From the NCBI GenBank assembly GCA_965277405.1, contig OZ255726.1:32001-96000 (forward strand): a DNA stretch of 64,000 bases. The letters run 5' to 3'. The stretch's first letter is position 1, and every line of letters begins with the position of its first letter. The notes beneath the pieces are model-generated. The model ran no database searches and had not been told where the DNA came from. It worked only from the letters and a program-made list of their open reading frames with translations. Below, in pieces: positions 1 to 10,085 of this stretch. Made by a program: the position numbers and the translations under genes. The DNA is from Gammaproteobacteria bacterium. GTDB taxonomy: Bacteria > Pseudomonadota > Gammaproteobacteria > G965277405.

Positions 1-1710
1 ACACCCGTCAACTTTCAAGAGCTGGGACTTGCAGCACAGCTGCTTGCAGCACTCACTACAGTCGGTTATGAAACACCAACACCCATCCAAGCACAAACTA
101 TACCGCCGCTGCTTGCAGGAAAAGATGTGCTCGGACAAGCACAAACAGGAACAGGAAAAACAGCAGCATTCGCGCTACCGCTGCTGCAACGCATCGATGC
201 AACAATCAAGCGCCCACAAATTTTAGTCCTCGCACCAACACGAGAGTTAGCTATTCAAGTCGCAGAAGCATTCGCAACTTACGCCAGTAACAGCAAAGGG
301 TTAATGGTGTTGCCGATTTATGGTGGTGCAGATTATCGTTCGCAGCTGCAAGGTTTACACCGCGGCGCACAAATTATTGTCGGCACTCCCGGCCGTGTGG
401 TCGACCATATCCGTAAAGGCTCACTCAAACTCGATAGCCTCGCCCATCTTGTGCTCGATGAAGCAGATGAAATGCTGCGCATGGGGTTTATCGAAGATGT
501 CGAATGGGTGCTCTCACAAGCGCCATCGCATATCCAAAAAGCATTATTTTCGGCAACAATGCCCAAGCAAATAAAAAAAATAACTGAAACGTATTTGCAA
601 AACCCGGCAATTGTACGCATCGCCGAACAAAACAGAACCGCAGCAACCATAACGCAGCAATATTGGAATGTTGCTGGCACGCATAAACTCGATGCGCTCA
701 CCAGAATTTTGGACGTATACGACTTTGACGCTGTCCTCGTTTTCGTGCGCACCAAAACAGCTACGACTGAGCTCGCTGAAAAATTGCAAGCGCGCGGCCA
801 TGCTGCCACCGCACTCAATGGTGATATCGATCAAAAGCAGCGCCAACGCATTGTAAAACAACTCAAGGGTGGGCAGATTGATATTTTAGTTGCAACCGAC
901 GTCGCCGCGCGTGGTCTGGACGTTGAACGCATCAGTTTGGTCGTCAACTTTGATATCCCCTACGACCCAGAAGCATATGTCCACCGCATTGGTCGCACCG
1001 GTCGCGCTGGTCGCAGTGGTATGGCTATTTTATTTGTCGCGCCACGAGAACAACGCATGTTGGCAATGATTGAACGGATGATTTCCCGCAAAATAGACCC
1101 GATTAAATTGCCATCCAAAGAAATGATTAAGCAAAAACGCGTAGAAAAAATTGGACTAGAAATTACAGCGCTGCTTTCAGACCCTAACCTGCAGTTATTT
1201 GAACAACTTGTTGAAGATTTACAACGCCACTCTGGTGCAAGTATCAACCAAGTCAGCGCAGCATTATTGCTGATGCGTGAAGGGAACAAACTTGTCAGCA
1301 AAGAAATTGAATCACCCTTACCACCAGCCGATAACCATCAACGCAATCTATCAAAAAACCACAACATCAAGAAAAACAACAATCAAGTTGCAGCAGGGAT
1401 GGCTCGCTTTCGCATACAAATCGGTCACAACAACAACCTTAAGCCCAGAGATATCGTCGCTGCAATTACCAATGCAGCAGCGCTTGAAAGCCGGCAGATT
1501 GGTCCTGTCAAAATCTATGATACCTTCTCACTCGTAGATTTGCCTGACTCCCTTCCTGAGTCAGTAATCAGCCATTGTCAAAGTATTAAAATCCATAATA
1601 AACCTATCTATCTAAGCCGCGATACCAAAGCGAAACCTGCAAGAAGGCAAAACAACCGCCCACAACGATCACGACCATCACCAGCATCACGCCACACAAA
1701 AAAACGCTGA
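1..1710 (+). CDS. deaD: DEAD-box RNA helicase DeaD/CsdA (5' end lies before the window)
   Basis: Frame open from nt 1 (FQELGL...GYETPTPIQ Q-motif); AQTGTGKT, PTRELA, DEAD, SAT, HRIGRTGRAG; C-terminal DbpA-type RNA-binding domain. Confidence 0.93.
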   Translation, partial: TPVNFQELGLAAQLLAALTTVGYETPTPIQAQTIPPLLAGKDVLGQAQTGTGKTAAFALPLLQRIDATIKRPQILVLAPTRELAIQVAEAFATYASNSKGLMVLPIYGGADYRSQLQGLHRGAQIIVGTPGRVVDHIRKGSLKLDSLAHLVLDEADEMLRMGFIEDVEWVLSQAPSHIQKALFSATMPKQIKKITETYLQNPAIVRIAEQNRTAATITQQYWNVAGTHKLDALTRILDVYDFDAVLVFVRTKTATTELAEKLQARGHAATALNGDIDQKQRQRIVKQLKGGQIDILVATDVAARGLDVERISLVVNFDIPYDPEAYVHRIGRTGRAGRSGMAILFVAPREQRMLAMIERMISRKIDPIKLPSKEMIKQKRVEKIGLEITALLSDPNLQLFEQLVEDLQRHSGASINQVSAALLLMREGNKLVSKEIESPLPPADNHQRNLSKNHNIKKNNNQVAAGMARFRIQIGHNNNLKPRDIVAAITNAAALESRQIGPVKIYDTFSLVDLPDSLPESVISHCQSIKIHNKPIYLSRDTKAKPARRQNNRPQRSRPSPASRHTKKR

Positions 1711-1899
1711 TGTAAGCTCTAAAAATTTCAAAATCCATCAACGAAATTACTTCCCATGAGCTGCATATACTCGATAACAACAACCTCAACATTGATGTGT
1801 ATAGCTACACAACAATCTTTGCCTATTCCATATATTTGTTTTTTATAGACTAGAATATTGATGCCATCGCTATTGTTGTATGTTGATTGTTGCTGATTT

Positions 1900-3270
1900 G
1901 TGACTAAACGTTTTCCTGAGCTGCAAGAAATTATTAAGCTCCTGCTACCAATGGTGCTGACCATTACCTTGGAATTGTCGATCAGCGTCGTTGATACCAT
2001 CATGCTCGGTCAATACAGTGCAGTACATTTGGCAGCTATAGGTATTGCTTCAAGTTTATGGTTACCAGCTGGATGTTTTTTGATTGGCTCGACAATGGGA
2101 ATCACCCCTTTGATTACTCGCCACTTGCACGGACGGCAACTGCGGTTGGTCAACATATATATGTCACAAGCACTAGGAATGTGCATAGTGATTGGGATAT
2201 TAGTGAGTATCATAACAGTTACATTACTCCCGTATCTTGCTGGCGTCATGGCGACGGAAATCGAAACACGCGATGTCGCAATTGCATATTTGTATTGGTT
2301 TGCGCCGGCTATGCCAATGCTGGCTTTAGTCACAGCTTATAAAAACCTATTCGAAGCTGCTGGTAGACCATTCATTCCTTTAATATCTGTTTTTATCGGA
2401 TTATTGTTGAATATTGGCATGAACTATGTATTTATTTATGGTGCATTTGGTGTTGCAGAAATGGGTGCAGCAGGCGCTGCGTTGGCATCCTCCATATCGC
2501 TGTACTTTGCGGTGATATGTTTGTATGGCTACGATAAGTTTGTTAATCCGCGCCCGTTATTTACGCGAATAGTCATGCGGTATACGCGCAAGTTTTCATT
2601 GTTGTTCAGCATTGGTGCCCCAGCCGGTTTGGCTTTTGCATTCGAGATTTGCTTGTTTTCTTCAATGACATGGTTGATTGCTGCATTTGGTGATATTGCC
2701 CTTGGAGCAGGACAAATTGTGATGTCGTATAACTCATTGTTGTTTACCCCAATGATGGCAATGAGCTCGGTGGCGGCAATCGTCGTTGCCAAAGCCATGT
2801 CTCAAGAAAGTGTGCGCGGAGTCGCAATACGTATACGAATTATTGTGGCGTTAGGGCTTGGCTACACAACAACATGTTTTGTTGTTACCCAAATATTCTA
2901 TGATAGCATTCCGTATCTGTTTAGTAGCAATCAACAAGTGGTGACTATCGCAGCAAGTATTTTGTTGGTGTCGTCGTGGTATCAATTTCCAGACATGTTA
3001 CAAGCCGTATTGACCGGTACGCTGCGCGGGCTGCGTGATACGCGCGCTGCAATGATTGCCTTTGCGGTGTCATTGTTCGGGTTGAGCATACCATGTGGTT
3101 ATTGGCTGGCGCATTTCAGCCCTTGGGCGGCAACATTGACTGTGCGCGGGTTTTACATCGGCTTAGGGATTGGGTTAACACTGTTGGCAGGTATTCTTAT
3201 CCGGCGCTACTACGTGGTATTGCATCGATATCGAGGAATGCGCATTAGGGTGGTAAACAAAGTCGCGTAG
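1900..3270 (+). CDS. MATE family efflux transporter (NorM/MdtK-like)
   Basis: 456 aa, ~12 hydrophobic segments, VDTIMLG, MGAAGAALAS, LRGLRDT motifs. Confidence 0.88.
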   Translation: MTKRFPELQEIIKLLLPMVLTITLELSISVVDTIMLGQYSAVHLAAIGIASSLWLPAGCFLIGSTMGITPLITRHLHGRQLRLVNIYMSQALGMCIVIGILVSIITVTLLPYLAGVMATEIETRDVAIAYLYWFAPAMPMLALVTAYKNLFEAAGRPFIPLISVFIGLLLNIGMNYVFIYGAFGVAEMGAAGAALASSISLYFAVICLYGYDKFVNPRPLFTRIVMRYTRKFSLLFSIGAPAGLAFAFEICLFSSMTWLIAAFGDIALGAGQIVMSYNSLLFTPMMAMSSVAAIVVAKAMSQESVRGVAIRIRIIVALGLGYTTTCFVVTQIFYDSIPYLFSSNQQVVTIAASILLVSSWYQFPDMLQAVLTGTLRGLRDTRAAMIAFAVSLFGLSIPCGYWLAHFSPWAATLTVRGFYIGLGIGLTLLAGILIRRYYVVLHRYRGMRIRVVNKVA

Positions 3271-3374
3271 CCGATTATAAATTATGCCAGTTTAACAACA
3301 ATCGACGCATGCAACTATTGTATCCTGCTGGCGTCAGCCGCTAGCATTGCAGCTACGGACGTAAAATAAATTAG

Positions 3375-3658
3375 AGAACCTCTGATTAAGTCCATGATGG
3401 GCGAGACGGAGAAAAAACGCTGATGATAACTAGACGCAGCACTTGATAATACTGGTGGTATTATCAAGTGCTGCAACGACGTTAGCGCAGCGTTTTTTCC
3501 CGTCCTTCTGTTGAATATACTTTGGGTTTGATGGTAGCGGTACTTGCTGTGTTGCATCCCTTGGCGTATATGCTACGGCATGCGCCTGCGGAATGCGCCT
3601 TGCAATCATCAGCAATTGCCATCAAACTCGCTCCATTAGCGACTTAATCAGAGGTTCC
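3375..3658. mobile_element. MITE copy A (284 bp), ends shared with the resident IS5-family element
   Basis: AGAACCTCTGATTAAG...CTTAATCAGAGGTTCC, TTAG duplicated on both sides. Confidence 0.92.
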
Positions 3659-3670
3659 TTAGGAGGTTAT

Positions 3671-4366
3671 ATGTTTACAGGGATAGTTCAAGCGACAGCT
3701 AAAATTACAGACGTCCATGATAGCAACGGCATCAGAAAGATTATCATTGATTGCAACAAAGGTTTCTGCACTGGCTTAGTGGTTGGCGCGAGTGTTGCGG
3801 TTGATGGTGTTTGTGTAACCGTGGCTGAATTGCTGTCAAATACCAGCATCAAATTCGATGTAATGCTGCCAAGTCTGCGCACTACTACTTTAGGTGGATA
3901 TGGGGTAGGTATCCATGTCAACGTGGAAAGAGCCGCCACAGCAGCAGCAGAAATTGGCGGTCACATCGTCTCAGGTCATATCGATTTTAATACACAAATT
4001 ATCGCAATTACCCAAGTTGAAGACAATTACGCCATGCGTTTGAGTTTACCCGACGAATGGCAGCGCTATGTCTTCGCCAAAGGATATATTGCAGTTCATG
4101 GTGCGAGCCTGACCGTGGCGCAAATCGACAAACAGCAAGGCTGGTTTGAGGTGTGGTTAATCCCTGCAACACGCAGGATGACAGTCTTTGAATCCAAAGG
4201 AATTGGCGATGCTGTCAATATTGAAATCGAGCGCAGCACCCAAGTTATCGTTGATACAGTGCAAGACACTTTGCACCAACAATTAGGTCCCATACTGCCA
4301 GCGTTCAAAAAACTGCTGATACAGCAAGGCATTGATATAGATATTGATGTGTTACGGCACCGCTGA
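3671..4366 (+). CDS. ribE: Riboflavin synthase (alpha chain)
   Basis: Invariant N-terminal MFTGIV after AGGAGG; GASVAVDGVCVTV, VNVERA, GGHIVSGHID; the longer track ORF starts inside the MITE. Confidence 0.92.
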   Translation: MFTGIVQATAKITDVHDSNGIRKIIIDCNKGFCTGLVVGASVAVDGVCVTVAELLSNTSIKFDVMLPSLRTTTLGGYGVGIHVNVERAATAAAEIGGHIVSGHIDFNTQIIAITQVEDNYAMRLSLPDEWQRYVFAKGYIAVHGASLTVAQIDKQQGWFEVWLIPATRRMTVFESKGIGDAVNIEIERSTQVIVDTVQDTLHQQLGPILPAFKKLLIQQGIDIDIDVLRHR

Positions 4367-5590
4367 TTAAGCCCTGTTATTGCGCCGTTGTGCTCGCCAA
4401 ACCAGCAGCAAAGACAGCGAAAATAAACCGAAGTAGCCAAGCAGAATCGGGGTAACTGTATTGTTATGGAAATAACTCAAGGTAGCGCCGCAGACAACAG
4501 AGATTGTCGATTGCGTAAATGCAATCGCAGAGCTGGCGACACCGGCAATATGCCCCAGCGGTTGCATCGCCAGCGCATTTAAGTTAGCAAACAAAATACC
4601 AAAACAAAAAAACACGATAAACAAATACATCAGCAACGCCACCAATGGAGGTTTTCCTGCATACAGATAATTTACAGGTAATGCCACCAAAGTGATGAAC
4701 ACCAAAATAGCCAGTGCGATAATACTTAATTTTCCCATGCCCACGCGCATTACCAACTGAGCGTTAACCACAGCAGCTATACCTAAGGCTAGTGCTAATC
4801 CTCCAAAGACCAATGCAAACCAAGCGCCAAGTTGGTAATCGATTTGCAAAATCTGCTGTGAGGTGCTCAAGTATGCGATAAGCGCGCTAAAAACCATCGC
4901 TGCAGCAAGCGTATACGTTCTGGCTGCGTCGTTCAGGGCGCATTCTTTTACACCTGCAACAACCGTTGCCAAAGAAAAAGCCAGCCGCTTTTCGGCAACT
5001 AGGGTTTCTTTTTGGAAAAAAAACAACAGCAACAGGCAGAACACTCCAGCACTAAAAATGCTTACAAAAATCCCATGCCAACCCCAAAACAGCAATAATG
5101 CTTGTCCTATACTCGGCGCAATTGCAGGAACAAGAATAAAAATAATCATCACAAAAGACATAACTCTTGCCATGAATACACCAGCAAACTGATCGCGGAC
5201 CATTGTTATTGTTATCACTCGCAATGCTGCTCCACCAAAACCTTGCAATAACCTCCCTATAATCAACATCTCAAACGAGCTGGAAAAAACACATACCCCA
5301 CTACCCAATATATAAAATAGTAACCCAATATACAGTGCTGGCTTTCTGCCATATGCATCCGATAACGGTCCAACAAACAACATCCCAACAGCCATCCCTG
5401 CAAAAATGCTGCTAATCACAAATTGCACATCATTGGTATTGCTCAAACCATAGTCTTGGGCGATACGATCAAGCGCTGGAATCATCGCGTCAATCGAAAA
5501 GGCGATCAGCGACATAAAAAGTGCCATCCTAGCAATAAACGCCCAAGGTGTTTGCGCAGCAGCTGAACCAGAAGTAATTACAGTGGACAT
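4367..5590 (-). CDS. Bcr/CflA family MFS efflux transporter
   Basis: AFSIDAMIPAL, GPLSDAYGRKP, GRLLQGFG, VRDQF; ATG at 5590. Confidence 0.88.
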   Translation of the reverse strand: MSTVITSGSAAAQTPWAFIARMALFMSLIAFSIDAMIPALDRIAQDYGLSNTNDVQFVISSIFAGMAVGMLFVGPLSDAYGRKPALYIGLLFYILGSGVCVFSSSFEMLIIGRLLQGFGGAALRVITITMVRDQFAGVFMARVMSFVMIIFILVPAIAPSIGQALLLFWGWHGIFVSIFSAGVFCLLLLFFFQKETLVAEKRLAFSLATVVAGVKECALNDAARTYTLAAAMVFSALIAYLSTSQQILQIDYQLGAWFALVFGGLALALGIAAVVNAQLVMRVGMGKLSIIALAILVFITLVALPVNYLYAGKPPLVALLMYLFIVFFCFGILFANLNALAMQPLGHIAGVASSAIAFTQSTISVVCGATLSYFHNNTVTPILLGYFGLFSLSLLLVWRAQRRNNRA

Positions 5591-5592
5591 AG

Positions 5593-5656
5593 GAAACCTC
5601 TGATTCAGTCGCTGCTGTTGCGAGTTTGGCAATTGCTGACGCTAGCAAGGCGCATT
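5593..5656. repeat. Degenerate MITE end abutting the MFS start codon
   Basis: GAAACCTCTGATTCAGTCGCTG...GCAATTGCTGA...GCAAGGCGCA matches the start of the MITE. Confidence 0.7.
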
Positions 5657-5711
5657 GCAATAGCAGGAATACGCCATTCATCCATCATCAGTTATTTTGT
5701 ATGTTGGCTAA

Positions 5712-5981
5712 GAAAGCTCTGATTAAGTCGTTGATGGAGCGAGTTTGATGGCAATTGCTGATGATTGCAAGGCGCATGCCGTAGCATATACGCCAAGGGA
5801 TGCAACACAGCAAGTACCGCTACCATCAAACCGTTGTATATTCAACAGAAGGACGAGAAAAAACGCTGCGCTAACGTCGTTGCAGCACTTAATAATACCA
5901 CCAGTGTTATCAAGTGCTGCGTCTAGTTATCATCAGCGTTTTTTCTCAGTCTCGCCCATCATGGACTTAATCAGAGCTCCC
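5712..5981. mobile_element. MITE copy B (270 bp, opposite orientation to A), inserted in the hflX 3' end
   Basis: Terminal IRs; CTAA duplication at 5708-5711 and 5982-5985. Confidence 0.92.
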
Positions 5982-7224
5982 CTAACAATACGTCAATCTT
6001 ACTCGCGACTTGGCTGCGGTAATGCACGCAAAAGGAAACGTGTTCTGCTGTATAGGTAATATCGCGGAGCACTGCTAATTTTCGTAATTGATCAAGTACC
6101 ACAACTGCAGCTATTGGAATATTCACGTTACGATGGTGGTAGTTTGCTAATACTGTTGTATCCAATAATTGGAGTAAGTCATCGATGTGCTCGCCTGCCA
6201 GCGCATTTAGCTCAATAGTGTGCTTGATACACGGATATTGCATGGGTTGCACACATTGAGGTTGTTGTTTGCTTGCATAGGTATTCCACACTAAAATTTG
6301 GGGTATTGCAGCTGCGCCGATTTCTTGTAATACCTGCATGGTCGTCTCAAGATGACGTTGATATTCTGGATTGTGAGCATCGACAACATGGAGCAGCACA
6401 TCTGCTTCAGTAACCACCCGCAACGTTGCATGAAATGAGGCAACAAGGTCATGCGGCAGTTTGGCTATAAAACCGACCGTATCCGTGAGGACAATCGGCA
6501 AGTCAGGCAATTTAGTGATTTTGCGGGTTGTCGACTCAAGAGTTGCGAATAACGCATCTTCACTGAGGACATTGGCATCAGTCAAACAGTTCATCAATGT
6601 CGACTTGCCAGCATTGGTATAACCCACCAAGCATACTTGCGTTAATGATTGTCTGTTTTTTGCTTGAGTACTGCGTTGGTTTTGAATTTTTGCAAGCATT
6701 GCCTCCAAGGTGCTGATCCGGCTACGCAATAAGCGCTTATCAACGGTTATTTGTTTTTCACCCATCCCTCGTGATGTCACGCCTCCACCGCGTTCCCGAT
6801 CTAAGTGACTCCACATATTACTCAATCGTGGCAATTGATAGCGTACTTGTGCCAACTCAACCTGGGCGCGTGATTCTAGTGTTGTCGCATGGTCAACAAA
6901 AATCTGTATAATTACTTGGGTGCGATCGATGACCGATGTCTCCAATTCAGTTTCTAAATTTTGTTGCTGTTTCGGCGGGAGTTCATCGTCAAACACCACA
7001 ATGTCCGCGTCGTAGCGTTCAACAGCCGCGTGGATTTCAGCCAACTTGCCTTTGCCAATGTGGGTTCTGGCATCATATGCTGTTCTATTCTGGCTAAATG
7101 CAGCGACTACGCTAATGTTCATCGTGCGCAGTAATGCCGTCAATTCTTCCAGTGTCGCAGCTATATTAGCTACAGCGTCGCTGGATAAAGCGACAGCAAC
7201 GATAACTGCTTTCTGTTTACTCAA
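5971..7224 (-). CDS. hflX: Ribosome-splitting GTPase HflX
   Basis: IGKGKL, QVELAQ, RGMGEKQ, G1 GYTNAGKST, FATL, G3 DTVGFI; G4 motif atypical. Confidence 0.92.
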   Translation of the reverse strand: MSKQKAVIVAVALSSDAVANIAATLEELTALLRTMNISVVAAFSQNRTAYDARTHIGKGKLAEIHAAVERYDADIVVFDDELPPKQQQNLETELETSVIDRTQVIIQIFVDHATTLESRAQVELAQVRYQLPRLSNMWSHLDRERGGGVTSRGMGEKQITVDKRLLRSRISTLEAMLAKIQNQRSTQAKNRQSLTQVCLVGYTNAGKSTLMNCLTDANVLSEDALFATLESTTRKITKLPDLPIVLTDTVGFIAKLPHDLVASFHATLRVVTEADVLLHVVDAHNPEYQRHLETTMQVLQEIGAAAIPQILVWNTYASKQQPQCVQPMQYPCIKHTIELNALAGEHIDDLLQLLDTTVLANYHHRNVNIPIAAVVVLDQLRKLAVLRDITYTAEHVSFCVHYRSQVASKIDVLLGEL

Positions 7225-7241
7225 TGGTGCTCCTGCAACCG

Positions 7242-10070
7242 CTATTCTTGCGAATACGCAATAACATCTGGGCAGCTACAAAATATATTTCTGTCTCCAT
7301 ACACATTATCAATACGTGCCACATATGGCCAATATTTATTGTCAATAATCCACTCAAGTGGAAAACATGCTTGCTGTTTGCTGTATGGATACGTCCAACT
7401 TCCAAGTAGGTCATCGATATGGTGTGGCGCGTTTTTCAATACATTGTTTGTTTTGAGCGTCTCATTATTACTAATTTCTGTTATTTCTGCGCGGATAGCA
7501 AGCATTGCAGCGCAAAATCTGTTTATTTCGGCTAAATCTTCACTTTCTGTTGGCTCAATCATCATCGTTCCTGCTACTGGAAACGCCATCGTCGGCGCAT
7601 GAAAGCCATAGTCTATCAAGCGTTTGGCAATGTCTTCTTCACTGATGCCTGTCTCTGCTTTAATTTGACGAATGTCAATAATACATTCATGCGCAACCAG
7701 CCCGCGGCTACCACGGTATAAAATCGGATACGCATCGCCGAGTTGATGCGCTATATAGTTTGCGTGCAAAATTGCTGACTTAGCCGCATGGGTCAGCCCC
7801 GCATCACCCATCATGCGAATATACGCCCAGGTAATAATCGCAATCAATGCGCTACCGTTGGGTGGTGTTGCTACGCTTGCTGATGTTTGCTGCTGGATTG
7901 ACTGTGGATAAACAAAGCCAGTGCCCCATGGGGCAAGGTGGGCTTTTAACCCAATGGGACCAGAACCTGGCCCGCCGCCGCCGTGTGGTATACAGAATGT
8001 TTTGTGCAAATTTAAATGCATGACATCAGCACCGAGGCTTGCAGGTTGTACCAGCCCTGTCATCGCATTCATGTTGGCGCCGTCCATGTAGACCTGCCCA
8101 CCAACGTGATGAATCATCGCGCAGATTGTGATTATTTCATCTTCAAATACCCCGTGCGTTGACGGGTAGGTAACCATCAATACTGCAATTGCGTCGCCGT
8201 GCGTTGCAATGCTGGCCTGCAACGCAGCTAAGCTGATATTACCGTTTGCGCCACTTTTGACAATCACCACCCGCAGTCCTGCTTTAACCGCGCTAGCGGG
8301 GTTGGTGCCATGTGCTGAGTCGGGAATAATACAAATTTTGCGCTGCTCTCCTTGCCCAATACTCGCAAAATATTGGCGGATGGCTAATAAACCAGCGTAT
8401 TCACCTTGCGAGCCTGAATTCGGCTGCATCGAAACAGCGTCAAAGCCAGTAATCGCGCATAAATAACTGCCAAGCTGCTCCATGATATCTTGATACCCTG
8501 CCTGCAATGCAGCAGGTGCGAACGGGTGTACATTGGTAAATTCCTGCCAACTCAACGCGATCATCTGCGCTGCAGCATTCAATTTCATGGTGCATGAACC
8601 CAGCGCAATCATGCTGAAGTCGAGCGCTATGTCCCGCACTTGCAACTTGCGCAAATACCGTAACATTTGGGTTTCGCTGCGCAGCGTGGTAAAATGCGGG
8701 TGTGTCAACCAATCATCATCGCGACAATATGCAGCGTGTAATGGTGATGTCGCTTCGACAGGCTTGGCATTACAAACATCGAGCAACGTAGCAATCACCG
8801 TATCGTCCGTCGCTTCGTTACAGCTTATGCCAACATGGGTTGCATCAATATAACGAATGGTGATTCCCTGCTGTTCGCAGCGTGCGACAAGCGTCGCGGC
8901 ATCGATGCAGCCGACACGCAGCGTATCAAAAAACACTGTGTGCTGTATTATTATATACCCTGCCTGCTGCAGCGCTGCTGCGAGGGTAACAGCGTAGCCA
9001 TGCACGCGTTGTGCCATCGCTTTGAGTCCGCTATTGCCATGATACTGGGCATACAATGCAGCCATGTTTGCTAATAGTACTTGGGCTGTACAAATATTGC
9101 TCGTGGCTTTTTCGCGACGAATATGTTGTTCGCGTGTCTGCAATGCCATTCTGTACGCAGGCTTGCCGCGACGGTCAAGCGAAACCCCGATAATCCGCCC
9201 TGGTATTTGCCGCATATGTATTTTGTTACACGCCATAAATGCAGCATGCGGTCCACCGCAACCCAGCGGCACACCAAAGCGTTGGGCGCTGCCAATAGCA
9301 ATGTCAGCACCGAGTGCTCCTGGCGGGTGCAACATGGTCAGCGCGAGTAAATCACACGTTACTATCAACATCGCGTTGTTAGCGTGCAATCGCTGCGCTA
9401 ACGCACGTACGCCGGTTGGCGCGCAAATTGCACCATACGTATCCGGATAGCTCAATAACGCGCTAAAGCAGCTAAAATCAGTGGATTCAATATTACTAGC
9501 ATCAAACATTTTAACCTGTATTTGCAGTGGTTCTGCAACCGTCTTCACCACTGCAATTACTTGTGGATGGCATCCACTATCGACATAAAAAACACTATTT
9601 TTATTGTTACTGATGCGGTATGCCATCAACATTGCCTCTGCGGCGCAGCTTGCTTCATCGAGCATGGATGCATTCGCGACTTCCATGGCTGTCAAATCAA
9701 TAATCATTTGCTGGTAGTTCATCAGCAGCTCCAAGCGCCCTTGCGATATTTCCGCTTGGTACGGCGTGTATGCCGTATACCACCCTGCGTTTTCAAAAAA
9801 ATTTCGTAAAATGACCGGTGGTGTTATCGTGTCATGATAGCCAAGCCCAATCATGTTTTTCACCAGTTTATTTTTGCTAGCAATTGTTCGCAATGCATCA
9901 ATAACTTCATGCTCAGCGATGGGTGAGGGTAAGTCGAGGGTTGGCTCTGGAGGAAATTGCTCGGGTAATGTAGCGGCAATGCAAGCATCAAGCGAAGCAT
10001 AGCCAATTTTTTTAAGCATCAGCGCTTGGTCTGGCGCGCTGGTGCCGATATGGCGGTCACTAAAGTTCAT
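7242..10070 (-). CDS. gcvP: Glycine dehydrogenase (decarboxylating), P protein
   Basis: YTAYTPYQAEISQGRLE, REKATSNICTAQ, HLNLHKTF, GGGGPG. Confidence 0.97.
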   Translation of the reverse strand: MNFSDRHIGTSAPDQALMLKKIGYASLDACIAATLPEQFPPEPTLDLPSPIAEHEVIDALRTIASKNKLVKNMIGLGYHDTITPPVILRNFFENAGWYTAYTPYQAEISQGRLELLMNYQQMIIDLTAMEVANASMLDEASCAAEAMLMAYRISNNKNSVFYVDSGCHPQVIAVVKTVAEPLQIQVKMFDASNIESTDFSCFSALLSYPDTYGAICAPTGVRALAQRLHANNAMLIVTCDLLALTMLHPPGALGADIAIGSAQRFGVPLGCGGPHAAFMACNKIHMRQIPGRIIGVSLDRRGKPAYRMALQTREQHIRREKATSNICTAQVLLANMAALYAQYHGNSGLKAMAQRVHGYAVTLAAALQQAGYIIIQHTVFFDTLRVGCIDAATLVARCEQQGITIRYIDATHVGISCNEATDDTVIATLLDVCNAKPVEATSPLHAAYCRDDDWLTHPHFTTLRSETQMLRYLRKLQVRDIALDFSMIALGSCTMKLNAAAQMIALSWQEFTNVHPFAPAALQAGYQDIMEQLGSYLCAITGFDAVSMQPNSGSQGEYAGLLAIRQYFASIGQGEQRKICIIPDSAHGTNPASAVKAGLRVVIVKSGANGNISLAALQASIATHGDAIAVLMVTYPSTHGVFEDEIITICAMIHHVGGQVYMDGANMNAMTGLVQPASLGADVMHLNLHKTFCIPHGGGGPGSGPIGLKAHLAPWGTGFVYPQSIQQQTSASVATPPNGSALIAIITWAYIRMMGDAGLTHAAKSAILHANYIAHQLGDAYPILYRGSRGLVAHECIIDIRQIKAETGISEEDIAKRLIDYGFHAPTMAFPVAGTMMIEPTESEDLAEINRFCAAMLAIRAEITEISNNETLKTNNVLKNAPHHIDDLLGSWTYPYSKQQACFPLEWIIDNKYWPYVARIDNVYGDRNIFCSCPDVIAYSQE

Positions 10071-10085
10071 ATACGCTGCGGTGGA

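Noticed and set aside
3593-3670. N-terminal extensions of ribE, gcvH, msrB and parE in the ORF track
   Set aside because: They run through MITE or IR sequence or overlap upstream genes; canonical starts lie downstream
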